NCBI GenBank assembly: GCA_002633005.1
Contig: NMRA01000508.1
Span: 270,100-315,281 of the forward strand
From: Phoronis australis
Taxonomy: Eukaryota > Animalia > Phoronida
Length of the DNA: 45,182 nucleotides
Direction: 5' to 3'
Shown here: positions 1 through 13,164 of the stretch, one piece after another
Layout of the letters: each line of letters starts with the position of its first letter
Position numbering within the stretch: position 1 is the stretch's first letter
Program-made: the position numbers and the translations under genes
The notes under the pieces: generated by a model
Seen by the model: the letters and a program-made list of their open reading frames with translations, nothing else
Database searches by the model: none
Told to the model about the DNA's origin: nothing

Positions 1-285
1 AAAACTTGCCGACTGATGCGTCGCTGAATCGCGATCGTCAATAGGAAAACTTGAACTCTTGAATAAAAATATAGTTTCGACTCAACAAATTACCTGAAAT
101 CTTCCTTATGTTTTACAATTTTTAAAGTTCATGTGGAGTCCAGATTAATTGCGATTAAGTCCAAATGTGCGCTACATCGTACCCCATAACACGAGAAAAA
201 TCTCTGGATGAATACACATGTTGTTGTCACGTGACGTTTGTTTTGAAGTTCGTCTGCGTATGAGAGTGAGTGAGCGTGCGTGTGC
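1..285. repeat. Dispersed repeat, inverted diverged copy of 23593-23880 (internal part of a MITE-like family)
   Basis: Reverse complement of 1-100 (GATTTCAGGTAATTTG..GAGTCGAAACTA..CGATCGCGA..CGCATCAGTCGGCAAGTTTT) aligns by eye to 23784-23880; similarity continues to the GTCACGTGAC / CACGCACGC block. Confidence 0.8.
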
Positions 286-513
286 GGGTCATCGATGACA
301 GACTTTTTTGTTACAAAAGGCGGAGGATTATGCAAGAAAATGGCGTTTACTAGATTGTTTTTCTCTTAAACGGCTGCAACATGCAAGGTGAGTGCTGGTT
401 AGCTCACAGATTTTGTGTGCACAGGCCGACTGTCGTTAGCTCTGCCGTGGAGTATTAATAGTCCAAGGCTCGATCTACATGTTGGGGACGAGGTGAACTA
501 CCGGGCTGTGTAA

Positions 514-1305
514 AGGTTATTGCTGAAGGATTGATTTTCACTTTGTCCAACGGGTGAAATAGATGGTCAGGCGGTTGGTTTAAGTTGTTTTTTCTTGCCT
601 GTAACAGAAAAGAAATATTAGCAAATTGTAAAAGAAAAGACAAGACAAAACTACATTTGTAAGGCAGGACATACTTGGCATTTCATGTTTATGTGTAGAA
701 ACTAATAACTTTTGTACCCAAGTCTTATTTAATATCTGAATTAAAATATGTGACACAGGCTAAAAGTGATTTAACAATGTGTATTTTTCATGACACTTAA
801 AATGTGCTTCTGATCTCAACAAGTAAAATTCATTCTAGGTGTCAATTTTTTTCCAATGCAATGTTACGACATTTACTTATTCATGCCAATTGATAACTGA
901 GCTGGTGATCCTGGGATTGGGGTCCACGATAAAATAAGGAAACTCACTCATCTAGAGAATTTTATTGGAAACAGCATAGTTTTGAAGAGAAACTGCTGTG
1001 AAAAAAAGTCACTCTTGACTTCTCTGCATCACGTACCATACACCTCTTATTTTGGGAGCACCCCACCCAGGACAATATGCTAGCCTACCCGGCATCGGGT
1101 GAGTTTCCAAAAAGAAACACTTAGTTCCACTCAATAAAACTGTTATTCAGTGGGGTAACTGGTGGGGATAACATCACCGAACGATGTTGATAGAAACTGA
1201 TTGCTAAAAACTTACCAAGTAATGTTGTGTAGTCTCCGAATGGAACTGCATAGTCATAGAGCACACACGGGGCTTCAGCATCCACACACTTTTTGTCAGT
1301 TAGTT
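514..1305 (+). repeat. ~790-bp dispersed repeat, copy 1 (inverted copy at 44203-44992)
   Basis: Colinear reverse-complement match with small indels; the ORF translations 455..643(-) and 44832..45029(+) are recognisably related. Confidence 0.9.
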
Positions 1306-2137
1306 GACCCTGTTGACCACAATTGTCCACGAATATAGTAACCTTAGGTCTTTTGGGAATTTTTGGCCACCTGTCGAAAACTTGCACCAGGGAAATTAGC
1401 AGTAATAAGGCTTAGCGCGACGACGTATTTTGATAAAAATTCCATCTTTTACCAGTTGCTTACATCATAGATTATACTATAGTCTATGCTTACATGCAGA
1501 CAGCGACGCATGCGCAATTCAATCACCACTAGTACAGCAGCGACACCGCGAGGAGAATTCTCCGAATAGCCCCATTAAATTAACTCCTTGATTCTTATTT
1601 GGGGACTGAGACATAGTTTCTGCTCACATGAGGAACAGGGGACGTAATAGCGAGTCTCCTTGTCGGAGACTTTTCTCAACATTGTAATAATGTGACGCAA
1701 AATCCGTTGTTCAACACACATGACAGACTACAATGTTCGTATTATCTTGACAACAAATTGCACCAAAGTTAAAATATTTCATGGATTGAAATAATCAATG
1801 CCATTTTGTTTTAACGATTTAAAGAGGTGAGATCGTGCAAAGACACAATTTAACCATAAGGAAATCTACAACAGTTTCGGAGCCATCAATGTAAATTTGA
1901 AATTCAAAACTCCATTAGGACATACATGTACAGGTACTGAGGTAAACGATAAGGTGGGAGTGAATATGAAAGATAAACATGATCGCTATCGCAAGGTGAC
2001 GTCATCGACGAACTAATTGTAGAATTGGGTCCAAAAAATGTTAATGTTTTCACCTACACCGACGACTTGTACATGTACATCACTGCAATAAGCTTCACTA
2101 TAACCCTGATGTCAGAACAAAAATTATCACATCTTAA

Positions 2138-2531
2138 AGAGGCATGGAACGCGAAAGTTCGTCAACACTGTTTTTTAAACAATTTCCAGAAAAAGCACAA
2201 AATTCACGATTTTTGAAATACGCACGAAGCAAAAACTGATTACCACAGAGTTTCTAATCTCACATTTTCAATAAAAAGGAAACGCGCTACGTCTGCGTCT
2301 TGCCATACCAAATATCTAGAGACTACGTGCTTTGCCTTGTGGGAGAAAAATCGACGAATTGGCAAGCAGTTGACAGATGTTTTTTCTCGTGAAATTTGAA
2401 ATTAAAAGAAAATGCTTTGCTATGAACTGAAATGAAAAAATTCAACGAAAAACCCTCAAAACACATGGTGGGCAGGTTGAATTCTGTTTCAGTATTGCAA
2501 TTTTAGTCTGTTTATCGCGTCCCAGGCCTCT
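2138..2531. mobile_element. Non-autonomous Kolobok-type DNA transposon (MITE), 394 bp
   Basis: TTAA at 2134-2137 and 2532-2535; TIR AGAGGCATGGAACGCGA / TCGCGTCCCAGGCCTCT (15/17). 5'-RR termini with TTAA TSD are Kolobok hallmarks. Confidence 0.75.
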
Positions 2532-3094
2532 TTAAGATCACGTGGATTTGACGTTGTGTTTTGCGTTCTCGGTGTTGAAATAGCGGGTGCTTTAATTGTT
2601 TCTTGTCATAATTTGAAGAATGTTTGGAATTATTGAAGAAAAAATATCTTCTTTATGCCTTGTAGTCTACATGTACATTAACTGAAGGGTTAGGGTTAAC
2701 GAATTAACCGCTACAAAACCGGGCGTTTCTGAAAAAAAAAATACCAAAGGGTGCTTTTTTTAAATCATGGGCTTGTATCCTAACTTTCCAGCTTCACTGC
2801 AATTAAAATGCAGTCGAGAATCCCGAGCGACTGACTGCCTGGGAATCCCAGCTTTGCACGTACACCTATCGCTTTTGCTCTGAAGTTCACCACTTACCAT
2901 GGGTATGACGTCTCTGTACGTTTGGTCTTTACCAACGACCCTGATGCTATAATGTCACGATTTTGAAATGGAAATACGTGCAATTAGTAGCAGTGCATTA
3001 ATGAAGTAGACCTACATGTAGGTGTTCACTAATCGATAGACTACAGAGTTGTTGTCGTCAGAACTGTTTCAATCTGCTTTTTACTATAACACTT

Positions 3095-4140
3095 AACAAC
3101 CCCGGGGTTAAACGAAAGTATCCCGTGGACAGGGAATTGAAACCAATTTCAAAAGTACAGCGTTTATACATGTACTTACTCCTGTGACAATTACGTAATT
3201 TGATTGCACCAGTCTTACCGCAATTCTTTGAAATCACTAGCTGTTTGCGTGCATAATTGGAGAGCATCCAGGTTAATGCGTAACCAATAAGCAATTCTTT
3301 CATATGTACAGTAATTTACAATTTTCAACGTACACGCCTTGTAGTGACACTGCCCGGCTGAATATGGTCTGTGTAACAGTTCAAGACAGGTCAATGTGTT
3401 GCGATAAGTCACAGTGTAATAGTTAACGACTCCTCCGTGTGTTGTGACTAGTCACATTGTAATAGTTCTCGACTCCTCTATGTGTTGTGACAAGTCACAT
3501 TGTAATAGTTCACGACTCCTCTGTGTGTTGTGACATGTCACAATGTAATATTTCGATCAGGATTTATCAATTTTTTTTGACGTGTTACATTGTAATAGCC
3601 CCCATACCAAAAGACCATGTTTGCCGCAAGCTTGCAGCAAACATGCCGCGTAATTTTACGGCGACACTTTCCCCTGAACGGCCCACCATAATTCAGCCAC
3701 CTACCTCGTCGTCTACAAGACCTATGTTCGTTGAACAGAACAAAGGAAATATGGGCGACCATTCAGGAGTCGCGTAGAGAAACGTATGAATAAAAAGTAG
3801 GCCTTAGAGGCTATAAATAGAGATGAGTAATGCAAAATAAACCCTAAGGACTGGTCTCAAAATAAAGAGACAAGTGTCAAAATAATGACGATAAATGCAT
3901 TTAACAAGTTAAATTTAATAAATGCAATTGCTTTAAAACAACAAAGGCAGTGTTACCTGCATGTTGTGTAAACAAGCACAATAAATATCAATACAAACCA
4001 TACACAAATATATGATCCAGTTTTACCAAATGTGCAAGTATTAGCATTTAGAGCAATTTGTACTTTCCAACATTTGAAATTATCTCATAATCAGGTGGTA
4101 GCTGCCAGTCTGTAGCTACAGTAAAATTTTGTCTATTTCG
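3095..4140 (+). repeat. Tandem near-identical duplication (copy 2: 4142-6028), probable uncollapsed haplotype
   Basis: 3095-3650 matches 4142-4740 and 3733-4140 matches ~5615-6028; the copies are joined by a single N at 4141. Confidence 0.85.
3395..3600. repeat. 43-bp minisatellite (GTCACATTGTAATAGTTCTCGACTCCTCTATGTGTTGTGACAA)n
   Basis: GTCACA unit starts at 3408, 3451, 3494, 3537; the second copy at 4441-4690 carries an extra unit; a residual unit resumes after 8602. Confidence 0.85.
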
Positions 4141-4691
4141 NAACAACCCCGGGGTTAAACGAAAGTATCCCGTGGACAGGGAATTGAAACCAATTTCAAA
4201 AGTACAGCGTTTATACACGTACTTACTCCTGTGACAATTACGTAATTTGATTGCACCAGTCTTACCGCAATTCTTTGAAATCACTAGCTGTTTGCGTGCA
4301 TAATTGGAGGGCATCCAGGTTAATGCGTAACCAATAAGCAATTCTTTCATATGTGCAGTAATTTACAATTTTCAACGGACACGCCTTGTAGTGACACTGC
4401 CCGGCTGAATATGGTCTGTGTAACAGTTCAAGACACGTCAATGTGTTGCGATAAGTCACAGTGTAATAGTTCACGACTCCTCCGTGTGTTGTGACTAGTC
4501 ACATTGTAATAGTTCTCGACTCCTCTATGTGTTGTGACAAGTCACATTGTAATAGTTCACGACTCCTCTGTGTGCGTTGACTAGTCACAGTGTAATAGTT
4601 CTCGACTCCTTTGTGTGTTGTGATATGTCACACTGTAATATTTCGATCAGGATTCATCAATTTTTTTTGACGTGTTACATTGTAATAGCTC

Positions 4692-7600
4692 CCCATACCA
4701 AAAGACCATGTTTGCCGCAAGCTTGCAGAAAACATGCCGCAAGCTTGCGGCAAACAATTTTGTTTGCAGCAAACCAGCCGCAAAGTTTGCAGGAGTTTGC
4801 CGCTAGCCGCAACTCAGCCGCACACATTGCCGCAACCTTGCTGCAAACACTGAAGTTTGCAGGAATGTTGCGGCAAACTTGGTGATTGAAAAAGTTTTGC
4901 GGGAAAGTTGCAGGAAACTTTATTGTTGAAAAATGTTTGCGGGAAAGTTGCAGGAAACTTTATTGGTTAAAAAGTGTTTGCGGGAAAGTTGCAGGAAACT
5001 TTATTGGTGAAAAAGTGTTTGCGGGAAAGTTGCAGGAAACTTTATAGGTGAAAAGTGTTCTCAAGAATAGGTGAAAAAGGGCTTACACAAAATTTGCCGT
5101 AAACTTAAAGTGTTAGCATTAATATTGTGACAATGTTAGAAATTGTGAAATTGTTTTTTTATTTTCTAAATTTCAAAGAAACCCCAAATCCCAGAAGCTA
5201 AGCAGGGCCGAGTTACTTATTTTAGATTACTTACCTAAATGTGGCCTATTGTTGGGTAAGTTACATTGTTAAAAACAGCAAATGCTCAAAAATGACCAAC
5301 TGCAACCTAAAACACTAGAGAAGATAACTGCATCTGTATGTTCTTTGTTTTTTATTCAGTCACTATACTTAACAAGTTTTCATTTTCCTTCCACTGCTGT
5401 CACAGTCAGTACAACAAAATATTTTATCGTAATCTATTTTGCCCGGGGTACGCCACGAGCTATGTTGCAGAGTAAAACAAGAGGAGGATTGGGAATATTT
5501 GTCATTTATTATGACGTAATAGATAAAACTAATTAAGACTCTGCAAGATGGGCATGAAGAGAACGAACGTAGGTCTTGTAGACGACGAGGTAGGTGGCTG
5601 AATGAGAGACCACGTTGAACAGAACAAAGGAAATATGGGCGACCATTCAGGAGTCGCGTCAGTAGAGAAACGTATGAATAAAAAGTAGGCCCTAGAGGCT
5701 ATAAATAGAGATGAGTAATGCAAAATAAACCCTAAGGACTGGTATCAAAATAAAGAGACAAGTGTCAAAATAATGACGATAAATGCATTTAACAAGTTAA
5801 ATTTAATAAATGCAATTGCTTTAAAACAACAAAGGCAGTGTTACCTGCATGTTGTGTAAACAAGCACAATAAATATCAATACAAACCATCCACAAATATA
5901 TGATCCAGTTTTACCAAATGTGCAAGTATTAGCATTTAGAGCAATTTGTACTTTCCAACATTTGAAATTATCTCATAATCAGGTGGTAGCTGTCAGTCTG
6001 TAGCTACAGTAAAATTTTGTCTATTTCGGACAAAAATAATTGCCAAAAATTACTCATTTTGATTTTTCAAGGACATTTAGCATTGTTGTGAAGACTCATA
6101 ATTTTTTCAAAATATTGTCGTTCAGCAGCTATGGTACGGACTTGGATATGACTCGGGATTCTTGTGGTACCTGCCACATTATTTATGAAAAAATAAGAAA
6201 TTTAATTTCACCAGTGTCCTTATATTATTGTTTTATGCTTCTAAGGTTATTGTTCACTTTAATCATACTAGCCCACCTACATGTTGAACTGCTAGGACTG
6301 TTTTCAAGGAATGCCTCTTGGAATACATTAATGTTTAATGCCTCTAGGGCTATTGATTGTTTATTTAAATTATGCTAGCCCAGCCACATGTTGATCTGGT
6401 GGGACTCTTATCAAGGAAAGCATGTGGTTGCAAAGGTTACATGCCTGGGAAGTGACCTATAAGCTTTCATTTGAACCAAATTCAAACGGTTTTGGTACAG
6501 CCTAGACTCTACATGGATAACTGAAGAACTGTGTGGATGTGAGTTTTGAATTTAAAATTGTATTTACATTGATGTGATTGTCAAATAAAATTACTTAGCC
6601 TTCATTCATGAATCAGTAGTTTTGGTCTTACAAACAAAAGCAAGTTGATTTTCTTACTGATTCAGCCAAATTGGAGGTTACAATGGTTAGGGAAAAGTAC
6701 AGCACAGATGTCAAATGAGTTAACAGGGGTTGAGACCAGATTCAACAAGTTTTCAAAACATTGTCAAGTTACATGTAACCAGTCCTTCAAAATAATCACC
6801 TAATTGAGACTGTAAAACTTAAGTTTGTGTCAATTTTAACATCGCTCTCTCACTGTTTGATTCACAATAGGAACAACAATTTTTTATTTTGGTTAAATGC
6901 ATGGTAATTATTGGGCACAAAATAAGATTAGCATGTTGTATATTTAACTACTGGTAGGTGTTTTAACTGCCATCACCTTCAGTCATACGCATTCTCAGTC
7001 TGCAGTCAAACTATTGAACACAAGTTTAACTGTCTGTTCATACATGAGCAGAAGAGCAAATGTTCGACTTAAAACGTAACGGAGATTCTAATAATGCTAT
7101 CACAAATGCCTTTTTGTGGAAAGTGAAATGGCACTCATATTTTAGGTTTGTAAATATTGAGTGACATAATGTACTTGATGAAAGCCAGAGACACTGCAGA
7201 AGTTACGAGGCAACAAGTTGGAGTTGAAAACACCAGAAAAAATATGGCGTACACAGCATCTCAAGGTTGGGTCGAACAAACATGGATGAAAACACTAGCG
7301 ATCATCCCATATGAACCCTATGGAACACCTCCGATTGCTTTAATGGAGAATAGTCTGAAGTACAATGTGTTTAGAACGTTCACTAGTATGGTAATAACTG
7401 GATATAACCTCTGTAGTTGTTCTTTTCAACACCATGGTAATATTGTAAAATAGAAAGGTATAATTTATGGTTGATGCCTTAGATAAATGAATGATGTTAT
7501 TGGATGATATCGCTATAGCCGAAATATTGCAAAATTCAACATAGGCCTACAAGTTCAATGATAGCCCATTCAGTAGACTGATGTATCATAAAACCATATT

Positions 7601-8602
7601 TGGGAAGCAAAAATAGTAATCGATGAAGTATTCGACAGTTTTCAAGTATTTTAGATGAACATGGGAAAAACAAATATGTTTATAATTGTTAAGAGTGATT
7701 TTTTTCAGTTGGCAAGTAATGAGGTAATTTAAAATAAAATGCTTAAATATGCTCGACATGCTGTTCTAAGCATGCCTTTCCACGGGGGAAAGTCAGATTT
7801 CATGGTTTTCTCCACTGGCATTCGACATATTTTGCGCCATTTTCAATGCTAATAAACACCCCGTTGGGTGCATTTCAACGCTATGTGTTGCTGTTGTTAG
7901 TTTAGTCAAGTAAATAATATCGTTGTTGCAATTATTATAGATTTTGTCGTGCGTTAAGAATAAAACATCTCGGTATATTGTAATTAAAGCTTGGCATACA
8001 TTCAAGTTGTTCTCTCAAGACACAATTTTGATTGTAATACAAGTATTATTACTAATTGACACTGTAGACACTTTTATAGTTTCTGTTATTCATTGTCATG
8101 TGATTTTGTTTTAATTTCTAGTCATTATACATCAGATTGAAAATTATCATGTTAAATCCAGTGTGCAGCTGATTGTGTATTTTCTTGCTTTAACAAGCAG
8201 GCATGCAATAAAAATTATGTATTTGTCAGCTGGCATTTCTACATTAAATTATTCATGTCACAATTCAAGTATGTTGTAGTATTCCATCCAATATTTTTTC
8301 GGGTGGTTCGCAGAAACTTCTATATAACCCCATGAAGATGTTTGCGGCAAGCTTGCAGCAATGTGTGCGGCTGGGTTGCAGGAACTGTTCCATATCCATA
8401 GAGATGTTTGCGGCAAGCTTGCAGCAATGTGTGCGGCTGCGTTGTAGGAACTGTTCCATATAAGGACATAGAGATGTTTGCTGCAAGCTTGCGGCAAACT
8501 TCATTTGCATGGTAAAAGTTTGCTGCATGTTTGCGGCAAGCATGCCGCAAGCTTGCGGCAATGTTTGCGGCTGGGTTGCAGGAAGGCTTTTTTTGGTATG
8601 GG
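4692..8602. mobile_element. Non-autonomous EnSpm/CMC-like DNA transposon, 3.9 kb
   Basis: TIR CCCATACCAAAA / TTTTGGTATGGG; 2-bp TC duplication (4690-4691, 8603-8604); subterminal GCGGCAAGCTTGCAGC arrays at both ends (4710-5050 incl. 40-41-bp units; 8335-8585); no transposase ORF. Confidence 0.75.
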
Positions 8603-8749
8603 TCCTTACTCCCCACTGTATTGTGACAAGTCACGATTTTCATTCTGTTATGAGAATTCACACTGTTTTTGTGAATTGTGACTTTTTGTTGATCACCTAA
8701 GCAGTGACATTCCTGCATCGGTGACTACCTTTCGCCAACCGTCAGAAGA

Positions 8750-8900
8750 CAGTGTGGCTCAGTGGTTTGAGCTCCGCCGGGACTATCGTTTCGGAGACCC
8801 GAGTTCAAATCCTGGCTTTACTGGCAGACAATCGATCTTGTAGCACAAATGTGCCTCCTACTCCTCCGAGCTCTGTCTTACAAGTGAGTGTACGCAAGGG
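8750..8900 (+). mobile_element. tRNA-derived SINE head (Pol III A/B boxes)
   Basis: A box TGGCTCAGTGG 8755-8765, B box GAGTTCAAATCC 8801-8812; no convincing cloverleaf; a degenerate related copy at ~40236-40290. The 3' limit is approximate. Confidence 0.6.
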
Positions 8901-9595
8901 AGTGAATGAGAACATGGATATGATGCGAAACCGACCTCTGTTGACAATGCTCATGGTTTTGCCTTTTGCCAATTAGTTCACCGCTGAATCTAATATACTC
9001 GTGTCGCCGTGAACTGATGCAAACAGAAAGATTTTTTTTGCCTCTGAAATCAATGTCTGGCTTAAATGACAGGGTAAATATTTCCCGTATTGTCTGCTTT
9101 CAAATTTTTCGCTTTCCTTATGCTCCCATGTCTATCACATACCTGGATTTCGTATGCACGTTTCTCAACTCTCGGCGTTATTCCATGACATCGTGAAATT
9201 TCAGTCTTCCTCTGGTAGAGCACTCCATCCCTTTGTCCTGTGCACCACCTGTCCGTAGCACGTAGTTTTCGCCGTGCCCCTTAATTACACCCGCCCATGT
9301 TCAATAGCCCACGTCGCATCCTTCAGTTTGTTATGTGGATATTCACGGCTCTTTGTTTGCATCACCTTGGACTCGGCTTTTCCGTCTACTACAACTAAAT
9401 TGTCTTGCCGTCACTCCTCTGTAAAGTATGCTTCCCTAGCTCGTCCAGCAAAGTCACGTGACTACCTCGCTACTCAAACGTTTCCTCGTTAACCAGTTAC
9501 CGCGTTGTCTCCTTTATGAGTAGCCTCATCAATGCCGTCAAACGCCGCCCATTGTCTGTTCCGTGGGCGCAATTAACGTGTTGCCCAATGTCTAT

Positions 9596-10098
9596 TCATT
9601 GCCAGTCATCCGGGTACTGGACCTGGCCTATTGCTATGTCTTGTGTCACTTCCTCTCCTTTTCCCTTCTCAATGGTAGCTTTTATTTTCCCCTTGTCTCC
9701 CAATTCCGTTTTCACTGCTTCTGCCTCCTCTGCTACTTGTCGCGCTAAGTCTTTCTTCAAAATTGCATCTTGCCTTTTTGTTTCTTCTTTTCTTGCTTTT
9801 TCCTTGGCCATCTGTGCCTCTTTTTCGGCCTTCTGCTTCTGAAGTTTCTTCATTTTTGCCTCGCCCTTTTTCTTGTCAACATCGCTGCTTCCCTCATCAG
9901 TGCTGTCTTCTTCACTGCTATCTTCGTCTTTATCATCGTCACTACTGTCTTCATCGTCGCTATCGTCGTCACTGTCGAAGTGTTTTTTTACTCTGTATAC
10001 ACCAAAGCACGTGAGCAGCATAATCACTACAATCGATGCGCCGATTGCCCAAGATTTGTAGCCCTTATCGAACGAGACGTCTGCATCTATGGGATAGC
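9596..10098 (-). CDS. FCGBP-N-domain membrane protein, last coding exon: TM helix + acidic and coiled-coil cytoplasmic tail
   Basis: Acceptor GGTTGCAG|GC (phase 1); ..WAIGASIVVIMLLTCFGVY (TM) RVKKH (stop-transfer) DSDDDSDDEDSS.. then K/E/A-rich helix to TGA. Linkage to the upstream exons is inferred from phase and strand. Confidence 0.75.
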
Positions 10099-11055
10099 CT
10101 GCAACCAATTAACACATACCGTCAATGCCACTGAAGTGCTCCTATGCCGCTCGACTCTAGGGTCACCTTCTCAGATCCTTAAAAATTGTGAAAAAACATG
10201 TCAGTCCAAGTAAGATATGTTCAAATTGTGTATTTCAAACTTACTGGGCCATGATTTTAAGTTAGAGTATCGTGAACATTTTGCCCAAAATTGAACATTT
10301 TAGTTTAAAGAAGTTCAGTAAGTAAAGTAGTTTCAAAGTGGTTTAAAAGAATATCAATTGATTTTTATGTAGATATTGAACATCTCTATCAGAAGACTGG
10401 CTTTGCATTTTCAAAGGTGTTTTTGTTAATTGTCATTGGAGCGCCGAAATTCGGTGAATTTTTAACAATTTTTTGTATTTGATTTCAAGCCATCTTTGGG
10501 GTGTTCTTGGTGCCAGTTTGTTGGGTGCAGGTGATTTCAAAAAATATTTCCCACCACTTTGTTTCCTTAGAAAATAAAAAATGGATTTTCGTTTTTTTTC
10601 CAAGAAACAGACGACGGAAAGGAATTATCGTCTCGTATTTTATAGCTCTTGACTACGAGCTGTGTGCGGCTGTATCTCGTAAGCTCCACAAAGGTACATG
10701 TACTTCCTTAATTTTTTAAAACACTTTTCTATGGGGATGAAACCGGTCGATGTCAATGTTTAGATGATTTGACTACTGTTGGCCTCTGGTGGCAGATTTC
10801 TTGTGTGAAATTTCATGAAATGTGGCCATTTTTTATCTAGGAAACGTTGATACATGCAGCTTTTCGAATGGTTCTAAGCTGTGCTGCCCCATCAGTGACA
10901 GTTTTAGCATTTTGGAGACAACATTCAAATTCAATATTTAACCTTTGCCCTCTCCGCTGTCGGCTGCTCGTTAAAGTCCTTGTCTCACGCGTTGTTAACC
11001 CTTATTACATGGTTAGAAGATGTTATAAGGATCCAAGAAGTACCTACCCCATAAC

Positions 11056-12131
11056 TAGTACACGATCCGTACTCGAAAACAGTTTAAATGAACGCGCCAC
11101 TCACGATTCGCACCCGAAGAAACACCGCCATTTTGAACTTGCCGCGAACCCGGAAGTACAATTCATTCAGGAACCCAGGCCGAGAAAACGCCGTCAGTGC
11201 GACTGGAGCAGTGCCTGTACTGTTACCAGCCAGCAAACGGGGATAAAAAAATAGACAGCGCGCCTTAATTTTTATAAAATCAAACTACCGACAATTTTAT
11301 GGAATTTGCTGAAGAAATGTGGCGAATAAATTTTGACAGAAATTATTTTGCCAGCGAGACTCGGGACCGCAGCCTATCGGACCCGGTGCGGATCGAGACC
11401 AGACACTGGCGAACGGTAAATGCATGCGGTTGCAAGCTGTTTTGTCGAAGTAAAATGGTCAAATGATAAATGCTGCATATATTCAAAGGTAGTTTCAGAC
11501 ACTTGCATGAAATTACGGGCTGGTTAGTCCTGTGTCACACTGCTGGCCACAAACACAAAAAACACGAAAATTGAACAAAGTTTCTTTTTTGTAGCAACGT
11601 TTGTCAAAATGTATCAACGTTAAATCTTCACAAATTACAAAGTAGCCGATTGAACATGCCTTTCAGTTCAGCAAAAGTCGCCATGTTGTCGGTGCCGCCA
11701 GAAATGAGACGAAGTCCAACGGGAATTGTGAGCACATTTATCACTTAATGAGTAACAACTGCGAGGCTGAAATTTGGTGAACACTGTTAAATCGTGCAGA
11801 ATAGTAAGTAAAGATATGTCTAACTAAATTTCACCGTAATTTGTTGGCGAAAACAATTTACACAAAGTTTTAAACTCGTAACTTATCCCGCTGTCCTCCA
11901 ATATGGCCGACGCGATCCAAACAAAGTGACCCAAATTTCGCCACAAAACTTGCAATAACTTTACAGTGCTTGCCCCGATTTTGATACTTTTTCGATTTTT
12001 ACTGAGTAGAATGTACTACCTTTCCGATGATAGCAAAGTACTTTTTCAAAACGAGGAAAAAAATAAAACCGAAAAAAAATTGGTTCGACCCATATTGGTT
12101 CCTAGGTTCGACCCGCCTACGTAAGGAACTA
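11056..12131. mobile_element. Possible non-autonomous Academ-like element
   Basis: TAGT...ACTA termini flanked by AAC on both sides (11053-55, 12132-34); the TIR is very short, so this could be chance. Confidence 0.35.
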
Positions 12132-13092
12132 AACACCAATGCTATTTTAACATACTAAGTACGCGTAACATTCCAAAAAAATCAACGACCACTAACTACA
12201 AACTATAAATACACTACATATGCAAACGAATCACGATATATTACTAATAAAACAAAATAATGAAGACTTTTCGAGCAAGCCATAGCACATTCAGTTACAA
12301 GGAAAAAATGGCGGCGTTCAGGACAAGTTCCTGAACTGATGAGCCGGAAATGTGGGTACGGAAATAACTGATGACAACCGGTAATCATACGCTCAGAGAG
12401 AAGGGTCAAATACTGTTACAAAATCGCTTTTGGTAAGAAAGGCGAAAAGAATATAAAGAAAGGGTGTCAAAAATAAGAATTTATGTAGTAAGTATTTTCG
12501 GATACTGGAACCATGTGGGCAGTTTGCAACAAGGACTTTAATGCTGCGTCATGGTAACGTTCACTGCATTAACCTGACAATCGTAACATAAACTATACGG
12601 TCATTTCAATCTGAGTTTTGTGCTTTCTACAGGATTGTATTGCTTAACTGATTTGTCCCAAATTTAACTCGTCACTTGTTTTCATTCTAATAACAGAGAA
12701 AAATGCCATTTCTGAGAAAATATTGGACGCATGAGATCCAAGCTTTCAAGTTAGTTGAGCAAGTTAAATGTGAAGTAATCTCGGTAGAGTAAAGTTAAAA
12801 TGTAAGCCAAAATGATCCTAAGCCAACTACAATAAGAAACTTAAAATGTGCGATAGAAAGTTTTAGCAATACAAACTCTAGCGTCAAAATTGTGAAATAA
12901 CTGGTTGCAGTAAAAATCTGGTTAAAATACATGTATGGTAAGACTGAGGAAACCAGACAAGCAATTTCGCTTCTGTTGATGACACTCAGAAGCATTTATC
13001 TAGCATCCCCATTCTGGACTTGGGAGCGGCATTGGAAAACGGTGTCTGTCGATTGTTCCGTGTTCGTGCGGTATCTGTAACAATAGGCGTAC

Positions 13093-13164
13093 TTTCGTTA
13101 TACTTATCCTTTTCTAGAGCCGATATTCCACAATCCTCGTCCACTTTGCCGTCTCCGTCGTCAT
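13093..13164 (-). CDS. FCGBP-N-domain membrane protein exon: second acidic repeat DDDGDGKVDEDC
   Basis: Acceptor TTTCAG|AT (phase 1), donor GAAA|GTACGC (phase 1), 72 nt. Read-through to the stop at 12986 is an alternative. Confidence 0.75.

Noticed and set aside
340-393. AAAATGGCG start plus AAG|GTGAGT donor near the window start
   Set aside because: In-frame stop after four codons, adjoins a dispersed repeat, and no downstream exon was found.
3395-3600. Regularly spaced repeats resembling a CRISPR array
   Set aside because: Units are contiguous 43-mers with no unique spacers, there are no cas genes, and the context is eukaryotic.
8258-8718. Overlapping ORFs with AASLPQ/CKLAAN repeats (also 4577-4885)
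   Set aside because: Translations of the subterminal repeats of the EnSpm-like element.
8750-8820. tRNA gene
   Set aside because: Acceptor and anticodon stems could not be folded convincingly and no poly-T terminator follows; treated as a SINE head.
9516-10213. Plus-strand Ser/Phe/Leu-rich ORFs
   Set aside because: Antisense shadows of the D/E/K-rich last exon.
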